A stretch of DNA of 64,000 nucleotides from a virus. Below are positions 29,536 to 40,839 of the stretch, one piece after another. Location: the IMG/VR virus record IMGVR_UViG_3300043122_000207, positions 32,001-96,000 of that record, one strand, 5' to 3'. Position 1 is the stretch's first letter. Every line of letters begins with the position of its first letter. A program made the position numbers and the translations under genes. The notes beneath the pieces are model-generated. The model saw nothing but the letters and a program-made list of their open reading frames with translations, was not told the origin of the DNA and did no database searches.

Positions 29536-30951
29536 TTACATTGCTTTTTTTAGTTCTTGTTTTAATGCTGGATCTTGCACACACATATTTAATACTGCTT
29601 TAGGTTGCATGTTAGTTTTAAGAATAAATTTCTGACCTTTAGGTAGTTCTCTTGAAAGGGTTCTTGCAAAACCTGATAAAGCAACACTAATAGATTGCAC
29701 AGGATCATAACCATTCTTTAATGCAACACCGACTATTTCTTGAATGATTGGTTTGATAATAGCAAAATCTTTTTTATCCAAAATAACAATTAAAGGTTCT
29801 GTTACTTTACCATTCATTAAATCAGCATCTTTTAATTTATATCTCTTACCTGAGTTTTTACCAATAGCAAAACCGTTTCTAGCTTCTTTAGCTTTAATCA
29901 TTCTAAGAAGTCTTGACATATTATTTTCCTTGATCATGGTTGTTCTTAAATCGTTGATGATATTGCTTTCAGCAATCAGTACCTCGTGGGCTTTGAATGC
30001 TCTGGCAGTTTCTTCACCAAGCAAATCAAAAGACTCCCTAATCATTTCTTCGTCCATTTCTGCTTCGTAATCTTCTGCTGCTGGTTCTTCTCCTTCTTCG
30101 TCATCGCCATACAGTTCATTAAAGCTATCTTCTAATTCTTCTGGTGGTGTTTCTTCCATATCATCCATTCTTTCTAAGAACTCTTTTTTCTTCATTAATC
30201 TTAATCTATCAAAAGCCACAGCAATAGCGACATAGACTATAGTATCTAACTTAGCTGACTGCATGATCACATCTTCACCAGCATCAATATTTGAATATGT
30301 ATCAATCACTCTTTCTTTTATAATGGAAATGTAATCCTTATCAGGGGTTACTTTATTATTAAAGGGATCTAAAGATTGGATTGCATCGAAAGTTGATTCA
30401 CCAATTGTTTCTGATTCGTCTACTTCATCTTCGAAACCCATTCCCTCTTCATCTTCTACATCTAATTCTTCTTCTAGTTCTTCTGCTTCTTCTTTATCCT
30501 TTTTGACTTTTTCTGCATCTTCTTTCATTTCTTTTTTAATTGTTTGGGAAATCTCTTCTTCTATGTCTGTATTCTCCATTTCACCTAATACATCTTCTAC
30601 TTCTTTTGGTGCCTCTTTGGTTTCTTCTTCATCTTTAGCCTCACCAATTAATTTAGAATAATGATCTGTTAAACCCTCAATGATACCACGAATATAGATT
30701 GTATTGAATTCGTTTGTCTGTTTTACTCTTTCATCGAATTCTTCAAAGGGAAGTATTTCATCAACAACCTCACCTATATGGTATTTGACATCTCTAGCAG
30801 GGATATCTGATAACTGTTCTTTTTGTTGATCTGGAATCGAGTTAAAGATAACCTCACCCATAACTGACTGATAAATCTTATCATAAGATTCATCTAACAT
30901 TTTTCCTTTTTTATTTAATAAAATTTGATCTTCAAAACTATTAAAGTACAT
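29536..30951 (-). CDS. Acidic hypothetical protein, probable head/internal virion protein
   Basis: Glu-rich low-complexity stretches and repeated hydrophobic-x-E-S motifs. Confidence 0.5.
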   Translation of the reverse strand: MYFNSFEDQILLNKKGKMLDESYDKIYQSVMGEVIFNSIPDQQKEQLSDIPARDVKYHIGEVVDEILPFEEFDERVKQTNEFNTIYIRGIIEGLTDHYSKLIGEAKDEEETKEAPKEVEDVLGEMENTDIEEEISQTIKKEMKEDAEKVKKDKEEAEELEEELDVEDEEGMGFEDEVDESETIGESTFDAIQSLDPFNNKVTPDKDYISIIKERVIDTYSNIDAGEDVIMQSAKLDTIVYVAIAVAFDRLRLMKKKEFLERMDDMEETPPEELEDSFNELYGDDEEGEEPAAEDYEAEMDEEMIRESFDLLGEETARAFKAHEVLIAESNIINDLRTTMIKENNMSRLLRMIKAKEARNGFAIGKNSGKRYKLKDADLMNGKVTEPLIVILDKKDFAIIKPIIQEIVGVALKNGYDPVQSISVALSGFARTLSRELPKGQKFILKTNMQPKAVLNMCVQDPALKQELKKAM

Positions 30952-31282
30952 TATCTACACCTCTTTTTTTATTATAGTTATTAACATGATAGGATACAAA
31001 TTCTTTAGAATTTTCTTTTTCTAAAACTTCTTTAATATCCTTTTTATGATAGAAATTATTGGACAAGGAAAGAAGTGTTGAAAGTGTTCTTTCCCTATTC
31101 ACAAACTCACCAAATAAACGATTTATATCTTTAGCAGAAACTTCTATATCAGTTTTTTTTATTATCTCATTTGCTATATTCATTAAAAGCAGTTTGTCTT
31201 TTTCTTCTACTGTCGCAATCATTAAGCTCACCCTTTTTTTATAGTTTACCTTTAGACTCCACAACATAAGTTGAAAGAGCAT
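30941..31282 (-). CDS. Hypothetical protein
   Basis: ORF overlapping both neighbours in the operon. Confidence 0.65.
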   Translation of the reverse strand: MLFQLMLWSLKVNYKKRVSLMIATVEEKDKLLLMNIANEIIKKTDIEVSAKDINRLFGEFVNRERTLSTLLSLSNNFYHKKDIKEVLEKENSKEFVSYHVNNYNKKRGVDNVL

Positions 31283-32117
31283 TCACATTTTTAGATTTTT
31301 TTCCACCCAATAGTTTAGGGTTTATATTTTCTAAAATGGTTATGACTTCATCTGCATAGAAAACACTGTTGATATATTTAGCAGCTTTATCGATACATTT
31401 ATTTTTTCTTTTAGCTTTATCTTTTATATGTGAATACGATGTGTGGAACTTTAGTTTCTTTATGAATTTTTTAAAATGCTCAAACAGTTCCTTACCCTCT
31501 AAACCTTTCATTTCTATATATTTTCTAGAAAGTTTAAATTTATTATACACCATAGATTTCTTTATTGATTTTTCATAACAGTCATAAAGATAATCTTCTG
31601 AGTATAACACATCTATTTCTACTCTGGGATTATTGGAATAATATTTTTCTGTATAATTTTTAATTATTGAACTGTCATTTAATATTATTTTAAAAGCGTC
31701 ATCTTGTAATATATCCCAATGTACCTTTTCTATATTATCATTATCCTTTAAACCCAAAGCAGGAGCATTTTCTTTTTCTAAAATCTCATCAGGCAATGCT
31801 GCATCGAATGCTTTTTTTGGTTCTACATATATCCTTAAAACCAACATATGAGGGTATGTTACACATGTGTTTAATAATAGTTCATCTTCCTCATATAGTT
31901 TTTTAAATAACTTCTTTAAAGCATTTTTATTTGGGTTATAGAAATGTCCAGATTTAGTACCCCTAGGTCTTGAATCACTTACAGGTGTACCCGGGATAAC
32001 TAAGGATAATTTTTTATCAAAAAGATCTTCATGCATTAAATCGTTTTTAGAAATTTTAGCTGGCACATAATTATCTATTGAATATCTTATTCTATCTACA
32101 TCTATTTTAACTACCAA
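31239..32117 (-). CDS. rusA: RusA-like Holliday junction resolvase with extensions
   Basis: PGTP.SDSRPR...HFYNP, KDNDNIEK..WD.L, ILNDS...EKYYSNNPRVEI; late motif at 32166-32178. Confidence 0.8.
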   Translation of the reverse strand: MVVKIDVDRIRYSIDNYVPAKISKNDLMHEDLFDKKLSLVIPGTPVSDSRPRGTKSGHFYNPNKNALKKLFKKLYEEDELLLNTCVTYPHMLVLRIYVEPKKAFDAALPDEILEKENAPALGLKDNDNIEKVHWDILQDDAFKIILNDSSIIKNYTEKYYSNNPRVEIDVLYSEDYLYDCYEKSIKKSMVYNKFKLSRKYIEMKGLEGKELFEHFKKFIKKLKFHTSYSHIKDKAKRKNKCIDKAAKYINSVFYADEVITILENINPKLLGGKKSKNVNALSTYVVESKGKL

Positions 32118-32200
32118 ACTAAAAAAACACCTCCTACATTGTATGAACGATTAATTACTTATTTTCTAAAAAATTGTTGTGGGTGAGCTTATAGTTAGTT

Positions 32201-33595
32201 TTATCTTAATCCGAAAGTATCCAAAAGACTATTTACTGTGTTTACACCAATATCAGAAACATTTCTTTTTGCAGAATGATATAGTTCGCCGGGAGACAAC
32301 CTCTTTTTAACTTCATATAATAGTTTTATTTCAGCCATCAATTCTGGATCTGGCTTATTCATATTGTACCCACAAAGGGTTCCAAGATAACCCATTAATC
32401 CTGTGGTCTTAATTATCCCCGATATACTTGGTTTTTCTGGCATGTTCATTAAAGCATACAAATCTTTAACTGTCATTGTTACATCAATTTCTGTTGGTAA
32501 ACCATCGATAGATACCTTTTCTGGATGACGGTTAATGTTTATTGCTGTTGCCATTCCCATATCACAATTCATCATACCCTTTGAAAAAACTCTTAAGACA
32601 AATGGTGATGTGTAAGTGTTTGACATGTTTATTCTTCTGGATGAAACCAATGGTAATAGATGACAGATTGGAACGACTATGTTCATATAAACACTCAATG
32701 GATCACCATGTGGTGTTGAGAATTTAAATTTAACATTATATGTTTTATCATAAGAACTATCCTTCCATACATCGGGTAGTGCAACATTTACAGCCAGTGA
32801 AGAAACACCCCCGCCTAACATACCACTCAAAGCATTCATCGTGCCTGTATCCATACTCTCATTTGTGGCACCAGTATTCATTTTTTCTATATCCCTGGCA
32901 ACATCAGCACCAGCTAGAAAGGAAACTTCAGATAACTTTTGTTTTCCTGGGAAATTGTTAACCATACCCTCTATAGACGATTGTCCAACCATGTTCCCAA
33001 TTATTTCACTGGATTCAACTATACCGTCATTATAGAAAGGAACATATTGCCAGAACTTAGTTGTGTCCCCTTCACCCGATGCCTTCTGTGACATAGAATA
33101 ATTTATAAATTTTGATTTAAATTCACCCCAATGCATTTCGCTGAAATGGGACACACCATCAAAAACATCTCTGGCCATTGTATCAACACCCATCATTTTG
33201 GCAGATATACCAGCTAAAATATCAACGTATCTCCAGTATTCTGCCATGGCATTTTTAAAACCAAATAACTTATCATTTTTATAGTCCTTAAGTATCTTAT
33301 TAATATTTTCTTCTCCACCATCTGATGTTAAGCTTTTAATAAAAGTAGATACCTGTCCTGTTCCTTCACCAGGTAAAAGTTTAGCCTTACCACAAGTAAA
33401 GGCAACAAAATTCCCTTCAGTAATAAATCTTTCAACGTATTCTCCACCGTAGGGGTTATTCGTTGTTTTGGTGTCGGCTAAAGTTGAGAAAATTGGAGGT
33501 GCACCTATAAGACCTTGCAAATCAATGGTACTGTAATTAGAAGATTGGTTTGCCATAGAACCTAAAAGTCTTTCTGTTTCACCTGTCTTTGACAT
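32201..33595 (-). CDS. Baseplate hub / tail-tube initiator-like protein
   Basis: Follows the tape measure gene; YTSPFVLRV...GM.TAI.I...GLPTEIDVTMTVKDLY tube-fold C-terminus. Confidence 0.55.
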   Translation of the reverse strand: MSKTGETERLLGSMANQSSNYSTIDLQGLIGAPPIFSTLADTKTTNNPYGGEYVERFITEGNFVAFTCGKAKLLPGEGTGQVSTFIKSLTSDGGEENINKILKDYKNDKLFGFKNAMAEYWRYVDILAGISAKMMGVDTMARDVFDGVSHFSEMHWGEFKSKFINYSMSQKASGEGDTTKFWQYVPFYNDGIVESSEIIGNMVGQSSIEGMVNNFPGKQKLSEVSFLAGADVARDIEKMNTGATNESMDTGTMNALSGMLGGGVSSLAVNVALPDVWKDSSYDKTYNVKFKFSTPHGDPLSVYMNIVVPICHLLPLVSSRRINMSNTYTSPFVLRVFSKGMMNCDMGMATAININRHPEKVSIDGLPTEIDVTMTVKDLYALMNMPEKPSISGIIKTTGLMGYLGTLCGYNMNKPDPELMAEIKLLYEVKKRLSPGELYHSAKRNVSDIGVNTVNSLLDTFGLR

Positions 33596-33611
33596 AATTT
33601 TTCCCCCTCTC

Positions 33612-33648
33612 AAAAAAGAAAAACAGGGGCTTTAAGTTAAGACCCCTG
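33612..33648 (-). terminator. Terminator-like hairpin over the tape measure stop codon
   Basis: CAGGGG/CCCCTG stem followed by a T-rich tract on the minus strand. Confidence 0.55.
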
Positions 33649-36600
33649 ATGATATTTTGTTGATTGTTTCCATAAATGAATCTCTTTTATTTTTGTCTAA
33701 ATTCTGTTCATCTTTACCACCAGCATTAACATTATTTGTGTTATTGTTGCTGGTTATATTATTGGTGTTGGAGTTTTGAACTATCTCTTTACCTACTGTT
33801 GAGAACACTCCGGCCAATTTTTTAATCTCATCTATTAGAGTATCTAATTTCTCTTCAACTTTAGAATTATCAACTGATAAGTCTTTTATAGTTTCAGAAT
33901 TAGAGGAATTATTATAAGTGGTATTATTTATTTCTCTTTCGATATCCCTACCATAAGATACCCTGTCTTTTAGACTTCTTATCTTATTTAGTTGATCTGC
34001 TCTTTGTGTGTTGACCATGGATTTTATCTTATCTCTTTTTTGTCCAGTTAATAAATCAACACCTGCACCTAATCCTGCCCCAACTCTGGTTTTAAAATCA
34101 CTTAAACTAAACATCTTCTCGGGGTCCATTTTAGGTTGAGACATATAAGCTAATGAAGCATCTCTTATTATTTTGTCGTTTACTGAAATCATTTTGGTGT
34201 TGTTTTTAAGTGGATCAAATAACATCAATTTTCCACCAGATTTTTTAACCAGAACATAATGGTCATTTCCGTTTTGTGCTTTGGTTAATAACACGGATTG
34301 TGATCCTTCTGCCATATTATTCATTAGATCAGGTATATTTTCAGTATACATATCTCCTTCTAAATTATGTTTTTCGAATTGGTGTTTAAAGTAATCTATA
34401 ACAACACCGCCGTTACTTGTGTAAGGTGCAGCCTCTTTAGCTAGGACTTCAACTGGAACCTTTTTACCATAATTAGAAAGGAGCATTGATAATACAGATG
34501 GTGCACAACCACTATTAGAGAATTTCTTAGAACCGATCATTAAGTTTTTAAACTTATTGGATTTTTGGTTAACAAAATTATCTCTACCATCACCATGTGC
34601 TGCAGGGTAACCACTTGGACCCATAATAGGTTGGGTTTGACCCCTTCCTCTTTTAGCTTCGGCTTGATCATAATAACTACCAAAGTTTCCTAAAGCACCC
34701 CATACATTGGAGAATGTATTTCCAATATTACCAAAGAACCCGGTTGTGTTTTGGTATGCACTTTGCATCCAGTTAGGTGTATATCTATTTATAAAACCAC
34801 CTGCAGTCTTTTTAATAAAGTCACCAGGGTTTGTTACAATCTCTACAATTGTATCTTTAAATTCGCCCAACTTTTCAGCAATGGTTTCAAATGATTCTTT
34901 AACCTTACCTATTGTGTTATCATATATGGCATCACCCAAGTCAGTGACTTTTTTGGTAAATTCATCATAGGCTGTTTCAACCTTTGATTTTACATTATCA
35001 CCTATACCGACTATTTTGTTTTTGAATTCAGTAAATGATTCTTGAACAGGACTTACTATATTATCATCTAGTGGTTTGACTATCTTTTCATGTAAACCAT
35101 CTTTTATGGATTGAGCTGTATCGGATATCTTTAATTTAGCTTCTTCCACATTCTCTTTAACACCCTGGACTATCTCGTCAACATTAATGAATTGGTCTAC
35201 AACATCACCGGCAGTTTTTCCAGCAGCTTCTAGGAAAGAGCCAAATTTAGAATCCCAGATTGCATCTTTGATACCTATTAGTTTATCACCGATCCATCCA
35301 CCAACATCACCGATTGTTTCAATTGGGTTGGCAATTTTCTTTAAGAATTTACCTGGACCATAAGCACCAACACCAGCACCAATAAGTAATCCCAATGGAC
35401 CACCCATTGCACCACCAGCTGCACCACCTTTTATTGCACCAACTATCCCGTCATTTTCACCCATTTTCTCAAAGATACCTTTTTTAGCATCTTCGCCTTC
35501 TCCATCATTACCGACAAAGAATTCTTTGACACTTGTTGTTATTTTACTACCAAACCCAAAAATAGCATCTTTTACTCCGGTTTGGAATTTAGCTATCCTT
35601 GAACCATTTACGGCACCCATACCAGCACCCAATACTGCACCAGCTATTGTACCGACCCCTGGTCCTATAGCTGTACCTATTAATCCCCACTTAACTGCAT
35701 TCCAAACAATATTTGATACACCATCACCTGTACCACCTAGAACAGATGACATACCAGTTAGCACCTTATCTATAAATGTGGTTTCATCAACATCTTTATC
35801 AAGCATATCGCTTGCATGAATAAAACCTTTAATGGCATCCCAGACACTCATACCAGCACCAGCCGCACCAGAAGCTGCCATACCTGCACCAGCCAATATT
35901 CCTCCAGCACCGTGAGTTGCAACAGCATTGGTGGCGACACCGGCAACAGTACCACCGACAGTTCCACCTAATAATTCAGCTATGGATTCTTGTAAAACAC
36001 CATCTATTAACCCACCTTCATCTTTACTTCCTTTTTTACTTCCGAGTTTATCTTTTATTTTTCCAAGTAAAGATGTTCTTTTGGATTCATTTGAAATGTC
36101 CATTTCCTGTTGTCTATCGGCAACCGTTAAAGCCGTAGAAGAATCAAAATCAATATCTCTACCTTCATGGTTTTGTGCATTCTCAGTTTTATCTAAATCA
36201 TCTTTGGCTGCATTGTAAGCATCAGCATCGATAGCACCCACAGCACCAATAGCATCTAGATGACCACCATCAACATATACTTTCTGAACCCTTTTGGAAA
36301 ATAACTTATCTTTTATCTTTCCAGCTTTATCAGAAAATAAACTACCAACAGATAGTGCTTTATCCAAACCCCACTTACCAGCAGATTTTATTCCACCCCA
36401 TAATTTAGAGATACCACTTGCTAAATGTTCCTTAGCTGATGTGAAGAATTCTTTTCCTCTTTCTTTAAACTCGCCCATTGACTCTTTAATTGATGGGTAG
36501 ATATCTTCTTTCCATCTTTCCCAAGCTGAGGCAGATTTCTTTTTCATATCTTTCATGAATTCTATAGCAGATTCTTTCATAGATTTAGCTGCATCAGACA

Positions 36601-39600
36601 ACTTATCTTTGAATTCTAAACCATATAGATAAACTGTTTCACTTAAGTCTTTTAATTTATCTGTGTATTCGTTCCATTTGCTTTCGATATCCTCTTTAGA
36701 AGGTAACAGACCATCTATTTTATCCTTGATAGTTGATGGTAAGTTTTTCAAGAATGTAAATGGTTTGGTTATATTCTCTTTTATCTTACCTAAGTAATCA
36801 GTTATAGGTGAAATATATTGGTCTTTGAAATTGCCCATCATATTTTTAAATTTCAGCATTAAGGCATTTCTTTTTTTGAATACACCGCCAAACACACCTT
36901 CTTTATCTGGTCTTAATGAAGGGTCTAGGTCACCAAATTGACCAACCAGTAATCTTTTAATGTATTCTATATTGTATGCAACACCATTTAAAAGTTCTTC
37001 TTGTTTTCTCATTATTTTATTTGAGAACTTTTTGATAGGTGATTCTGATATCTCTTCATTTCTTTTTTGTACAGAACCACCACCGGCAGCTTTTTTGTAT
37101 TCGTTCATATCCACAACTGTATCTGACTTTTGGATATCACTTAATACACTTTCCATTGTGGTGTTTGATACTTTACTGGATAATTTATTTAAACTACCCA
37201 TGACATCTAAATCAGAAATCTTTTTAGATAGTCCACTTTTTTTAAACATACCACCGAAAAATTCCTTTATAGATTTTGAATTTTTTAATTCATTATCTCT
37301 TTCTTTAGATTCAGATGCTGTATCTGGATAGAATACAATGAAGTTTCTAGATTTAGCATATATTAGATTTTTTGGTATATCGATTCCTTTGCCTCTCATC
37401 GGATCATCTACAGCAAAATGTTTTTGCTTACCGTTTCTTACTAATATATAATGTAGGGAACCCGACTTATCTTCATATAAAGAGATAACCATTGCACCAC
37501 TTGATATGGTATTATCTAATGCTTTAAGGGATACCTCTTCTCTTGAGAATATGTTAGTTGAGATATCGAATCTGTATCCAACATCTCTGAAGAAACCAAA
37601 AGATATACCGTCATTTTTGACTTTATATTTTTTAGCTATATTTGTTAGTTCATCTGGTTTTATTTCAACATCAAGTATATTTGATACAGCCATTGCAGCT
37701 GTCAATAAACCACAACCAGATTCACCAACTGTTGAACCACCACTTAAAGGAATAGAAGAATAATCGCCGTCCTTTTGTGAGAAGAAATGAATACCTTTTC
37801 CAAATAAAGCTCTATTGGATTTACCACTATATAAACCCTTAACTCTATTTACCCCTTCTCCGTATTCTTCACCTTCATCATCTCTTTTTACTTCGTTATC
37901 TATTTCATCTAAATTTACACTGTCGGTTTGGGAGATATTTTCACTTTTAGGTTCTGTCATATCATCCCCGATACCGAGTTTACCCTTAACCCAATTTATT
38001 GGTTTTTTAAGCCACTCCCCAATTGGTGTTAGGAAAGTGTCTTTAAAACCTTTATATGCATCCATAATTGATTTATGGATTTTATCTGTTCTCTCTTTCC
38101 CAAAAAACTTCTCAGATATATTGGTTATCATTGATTTATCTTTATTTTTGGCACCAAATAATCTCTCTTTTAATTTAGAGTTGTTTGCCATCATACCTGA
38201 ACCAATACCTATTAGGGAAGTCAACATAGTACCCATAAAAGGAGAACCGGTTAAAACGGTAGAAGCTATTGCACCAATACCGATACCACCCATAGCACCA
38301 GCACCAAAATCTAACCCTTTCATTACATTGGGGTTATAATCTTTAAATAAATCCCAACCGTCATCACCAGAGGATCCTCCACCCGATTTAAGAGCTTCAA
38401 CAGCTGGATTTGAACTGGGAGAACCAGCTGCTTTAGAAAATAATTTGGATACACCTTTGGATAGTTGTTTTGTGACCTCATCTTCTATATCTTTTTCATC
38501 TTCTATATTGATATTGGGTGATTCAAAATCATCAGTTGCATCTTTAACACCAGTTAAAATCTGTCCCAATTTGTTATCCATATAGGATGAATGTATATCA
38601 TCTATACTTTGTCCACCAGATTTTATAATATTATCTAAATCATATGGGTTATTATCTTTCCATTCCTTTATTTCTTTAATGTCGTTTACCCCGATTTTAT
38701 CTAGGAACGGTAAATTTGTAACCCCCATCATAGAAGCATTAATATAATCAAGGGTATTGAATTTATCATATGACTCTTCTAAAACTTTTTTATCTTCCTC
38801 TGTCATATTGATGTCAAAATTATTACCCATCTCAGATAAATCTTTTCTATTTCTGGTTGGGTCATATTGACTTAAACTTTTATATTTTCTTTTATCATCT
38901 TCAGCTAGAGGTTCTCCATTTGAACCCATACCGTTTACACCGTAACTTTGAGATCTAAATGAACCGTCGACTAAAGTGTTAACACCAGTCATATTAGCTC
39001 TTTGGGATTGCTCAGCATAATAATCTGACATCTGAACATTATAGTCACCCATTGCATTTTGGATATCTCTGAACTCACTGGCTGAAGTTTGGTCTTTTCC
39101 AGATTTGGCTTTCATTATTGCATTTCTAATTAACTGATATTCAGATTTAGATATTTCATCTGGGGACATACCCATCATATTTATGAACTTATTGTATTTC
39201 ATAACCGACATATCGTCTAAAGTGTATGAACGGTCTAAAAGATTATCAGTTATTTTTGTCATTGTGGCTTCTAAAGCATCTGAGTCCACTTCACCAACAC
39301 GGTCTTTATCTAGGTTACTTTCTACTAGACTGGTTATTCTACCATACTGTCCTTTAAAATCTGGACGCATATCGTAAAATTCTTTTGCTACTTCAGACAC
39401 ATCTTTATATTGACCGGTATCATAATTGAATACCATCTCTTCATTACCAGAAAGTGTTGAAAGTATCTTTCTTAGGTATGTTGGTATAACTTCAGTTATT
39501 GCTTTTTTAGTTACACCATCGAAGAAAGTTCTACCTTTATTATAATTGCCAGTTTGGATGCCCCTGTTTATATCACCTTTATCTCTTAAGGCATCACCCA

Positions 39601-40708
39601 ACATCTTGACAAGTTTATTATCGGATAAGGACATCTTATTGAATAAAGAGTTCTTACCAGCTTTTGCTTGATCAAAAAGCCCATCTAATTTCTCTACAAC
39701 ATCAAATCCTAAGAAACGATTCAATCCTGCTTCAGTAACATCCTTTAAAATCATAGATGGGTTTGACATATATTCTTGCATGAAAGTGGGAGCCATAGAT
39801 GCCATCATAGCAAAAGAACCTGTTGGGTCCATTGCATTTAATAATTTATAACCAGCATCTTGAGCTGCACCTTTATAGTTTCCTTCTCTTATGAAGTCCA
39901 TCATTCCACGGTTTTTATTTTGACCACCCATCATTTGACCCATTGGGTTTTCTTCTATAACAACATTCTCTTCTAATATGGATCTTATCTCGGTCATTAA
40001 ACTCATATGGTCTTGATAGAATTTGGTTGTCTTATCTATGAAATCTTTTTGGATCTCGTCATTAAATTTAACCAGGGTTTCAAGGTTATCATTCATCGTA
40101 TCCATTTTATTATCTAATTTATCGAAGTGTATGTTGGATGCGATTTTACTATCTATATGTAAAGCCTGCATGACATCACTTAAAGATAAAGCTAAAGCTT
40201 CATTACTATCTATGACGGCATCGGGTGTTTTCATATCCATCCCGTCTTTAACAGAATTATTTTGTCTGAGTTTACCTAATAATCCTGAATCTTCATTGGT
40301 GTCTGATGATGTGTTTATGTTTGTTCTGCCGGATGCTTGTTCATCATCTACAGAAACACTACCACCCTGTGGGATATCGTCACCCTCACCGTCATCATAT
40401 ATCATATCATTAACATTTGATAAACCCATTTGTTCTTCAAATGCTTGGTCTTTTCCTTTATATACATTACCTCTTTTTAATTCTTTAAAATATTTCCTAG
40501 AGGCATTATTGATATCTCTAAACATTGAGGTATTTAATATTTGCTTTTTTACATTTCTTATCGAACCTGATTTATGGTATAATTTTTTACTATCTTGTAA
40601 AGTCTTATTTAAATTTCTACCAGCTTCCATTGTATTCGGTGCATAACTTTCTGATAAATCCTTAACCAAATACTCGAAGCTTTTTTTAAGGTTTTTTATA
40701 TAAGCCAA
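33632..40708 (-). CDS. Tape measure protein with two C39-like cysteine peptidase domains
   Basis: 2358 aa helical protein with Gly-rich hydrophobic segments; SQKD...SGCGLLTAAM...HYILV and NQKS...SGCAPSVLSM...HYVLV...FDP. Confidence 0.8.
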   Translation of the reverse strand: MAYIKNLKKSFEYLVKDLSESYAPNTMEAGRNLNKTLQDSKKLYHKSGSIRNVKKQILNTSMFRDINNASRKYFKELKRGNVYKGKDQAFEEQMGLSNVNDMIYDDGEGDDIPQGGSVSVDDEQASGRTNINTSSDTNEDSGLLGKLRQNNSVKDGMDMKTPDAVIDSNEALALSLSDVMQALHIDSKIASNIHFDKLDNKMDTMNDNLETLVKFNDEIQKDFIDKTTKFYQDHMSLMTEIRSILEENVVIEENPMGQMMGGQNKNRGMMDFIREGNYKGAAQDAGYKLLNAMDPTGSFAMMASMAPTFMQEYMSNPSMILKDVTEAGLNRFLGFDVVEKLDGLFDQAKAGKNSLFNKMSLSDNKLVKMLGDALRDKGDINRGIQTGNYNKGRTFFDGVTKKAITEVIPTYLRKILSTLSGNEEMVFNYDTGQYKDVSEVAKEFYDMRPDFKGQYGRITSLVESNLDKDRVGEVDSDALEATMTKITDNLLDRSYTLDDMSVMKYNKFINMMGMSPDEISKSEYQLIRNAIMKAKSGKDQTSASEFRDIQNAMGDYNVQMSDYYAEQSQRANMTGVNTLVDGSFRSQSYGVNGMGSNGEPLAEDDKRKYKSLSQYDPTRNRKDLSEMGNNFDINMTEEDKKVLEESYDKFNTLDYINASMMGVTNLPFLDKIGVNDIKEIKEWKDNNPYDLDNIIKSGGQSIDDIHSSYMDNKLGQILTGVKDATDDFESPNINIEDEKDIEDEVTKQLSKGVSKLFSKAAGSPSSNPAVEALKSGGGSSGDDGWDLFKDYNPNVMKGLDFGAGAMGGIGIGAIASTVLTGSPFMGTMLTSLIGIGSGMMANNSKLKERLFGAKNKDKSMITNISEKFFGKERTDKIHKSIMDAYKGFKDTFLTPIGEWLKKPINWVKGKLGIGDDMTEPKSENISQTDSVNLDEIDNEVKRDDEGEEYGEGVNRVKGLYSGKSNRALFGKGIHFFSQKDGDYSSIPLSGGSTVGESGCGLLTAAMAVSNILDVEIKPDELTNIAKKYKVKNDGISFGFFRDVGYRFDISTNIFSREEVSLKALDNTISSGAMVISLYEDKSGSLHYILVRNGKQKHFAVDDPMRGKGIDIPKNLIYAKSRNFIVFYPDTASESKERDNELKNSKSIKEFFGGMFKKSGLSKKISDLDVMGSLNKLSSKVSNTTMESVLSDIQKSDTVVDMNEYKKAAGGGSVQKRNEEISESPIKKFSNKIMRKQEELLNGVAYNIEYIKRLLVGQFGDLDPSLRPDKEGVFGGVFKKRNALMLKFKNMMGNFKDQYISPITDYLGKIKENITKPFTFLKNLPSTIKDKIDGLLPSKEDIESKWNEYTDKLKDLSETVYLYGLEFKDKLSDAAKSMKESAIEFMKDMKKKSASAWERWKEDIYPSIKESMGEFKERGKEFFTSAKEHLASGISKLWGGIKSAGKWGLDKALSVGSLFSDKAGKIKDKLFSKRVQKVYVDGGHLDAIGAVGAIDADAYNAAKDDLDKTENAQNHEGRDIDFDSSTALTVADRQQEMDISNESKRTSLLGKIKDKLGSKKGSKDEGGLIDGVLQESIAELLGGTVGGTVAGVATNAVATHGAGGILAGAGMAASGAAGAGMSVWDAIKGFIHASDMLDKDVDETTFIDKVLTGMSSVLGGTGDGVSNIVWNAVKWGLIGTAIGPGVGTIAGAVLGAGMGAVNGSRIAKFQTGVKDAIFGFGSKITTSVKEFFVGNDGEGEDAKKGIFEKMGENDGIVGAIKGGAAGGAMGGPLGLLIGAGVGAYGPGKFLKKIANPIETIGDVGGWIGDKLIGIKDAIWDSKFGSFLEAAGKTAGDVVDQFINVDEIVQGVKENVEEAKLKISDTAQSIKDGLHEKIVKPLDDNIVSPVQESFTEFKNKIVGIGDNVKSKVETAYDEFTKKVTDLGDAIYDNTIGKVKESFETIAEKLGEFKDTIVEIVTNPGDFIKKTAGGFINRYTPNWMQSAYQNTTGFFGNIGNTFSNVWGALGNFGSYYDQAEAKRGRGQTQPIMGPSGYPAAHGDGRDNFVNQKSNKFKNLMIGSKKFSNSGCAPSVLSMLLSNYGKKVPVEVLAKEAAPYTSNGGVVIDYFKHQFEKHNLEGDMYTENIPDLMNNMAEGSQSVLLTKAQNGNDHYVLVKKSGGKLMLFDPLKNNTKMISVNDKIIRDASLAYMSQPKMDPEKMFSLSDFKTRVGAGLGAGVDLLTGQKRDKIKSMVNTQRADQLNKIRSLKDRVSYGRDIEREINNTTYNNSSNSETIKDLSVDNSKVEEKLDTLIDEIKKLAGVFSTVGKEIVQNSNTNNITSNNNTNNVNAGGKDEQNLDKNKRDSFMETINKISSGVLT

Positions 40709-40744
40709 AGTGTCTTCACCCCTTTATAAACTTATTTGTTTAAA

Positions 40745-40801
40745 CTATTTACTTTGTTCCTCTTACCTTTTTATGGTGATATGTCAAAAACAATACTGTA
40801 G
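40745..40801. promoter_or_regulatory. Back-to-back late promoters
   Basis: AACA-N7-TAG on the minus strand at 40745-40758; AACA-ATACTG-TAG on the plus strand at 40789-40801. Confidence 0.55.
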
Positions 40802-40839
40802 TGTTTTTATATTTATATAGTATTTGAGGGGGAAAAAAT

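Noticed and set aside
34707-40646. Numerous opposite-strand ORFs (for example 6914..7222, 29744..30070, 36960..37331, 37815..38339, 40023..40646, 52160..52609)
   Set aside because: They are shadow ORFs of long real genes, Ser/Phe/Leu-rich and without an RBS.
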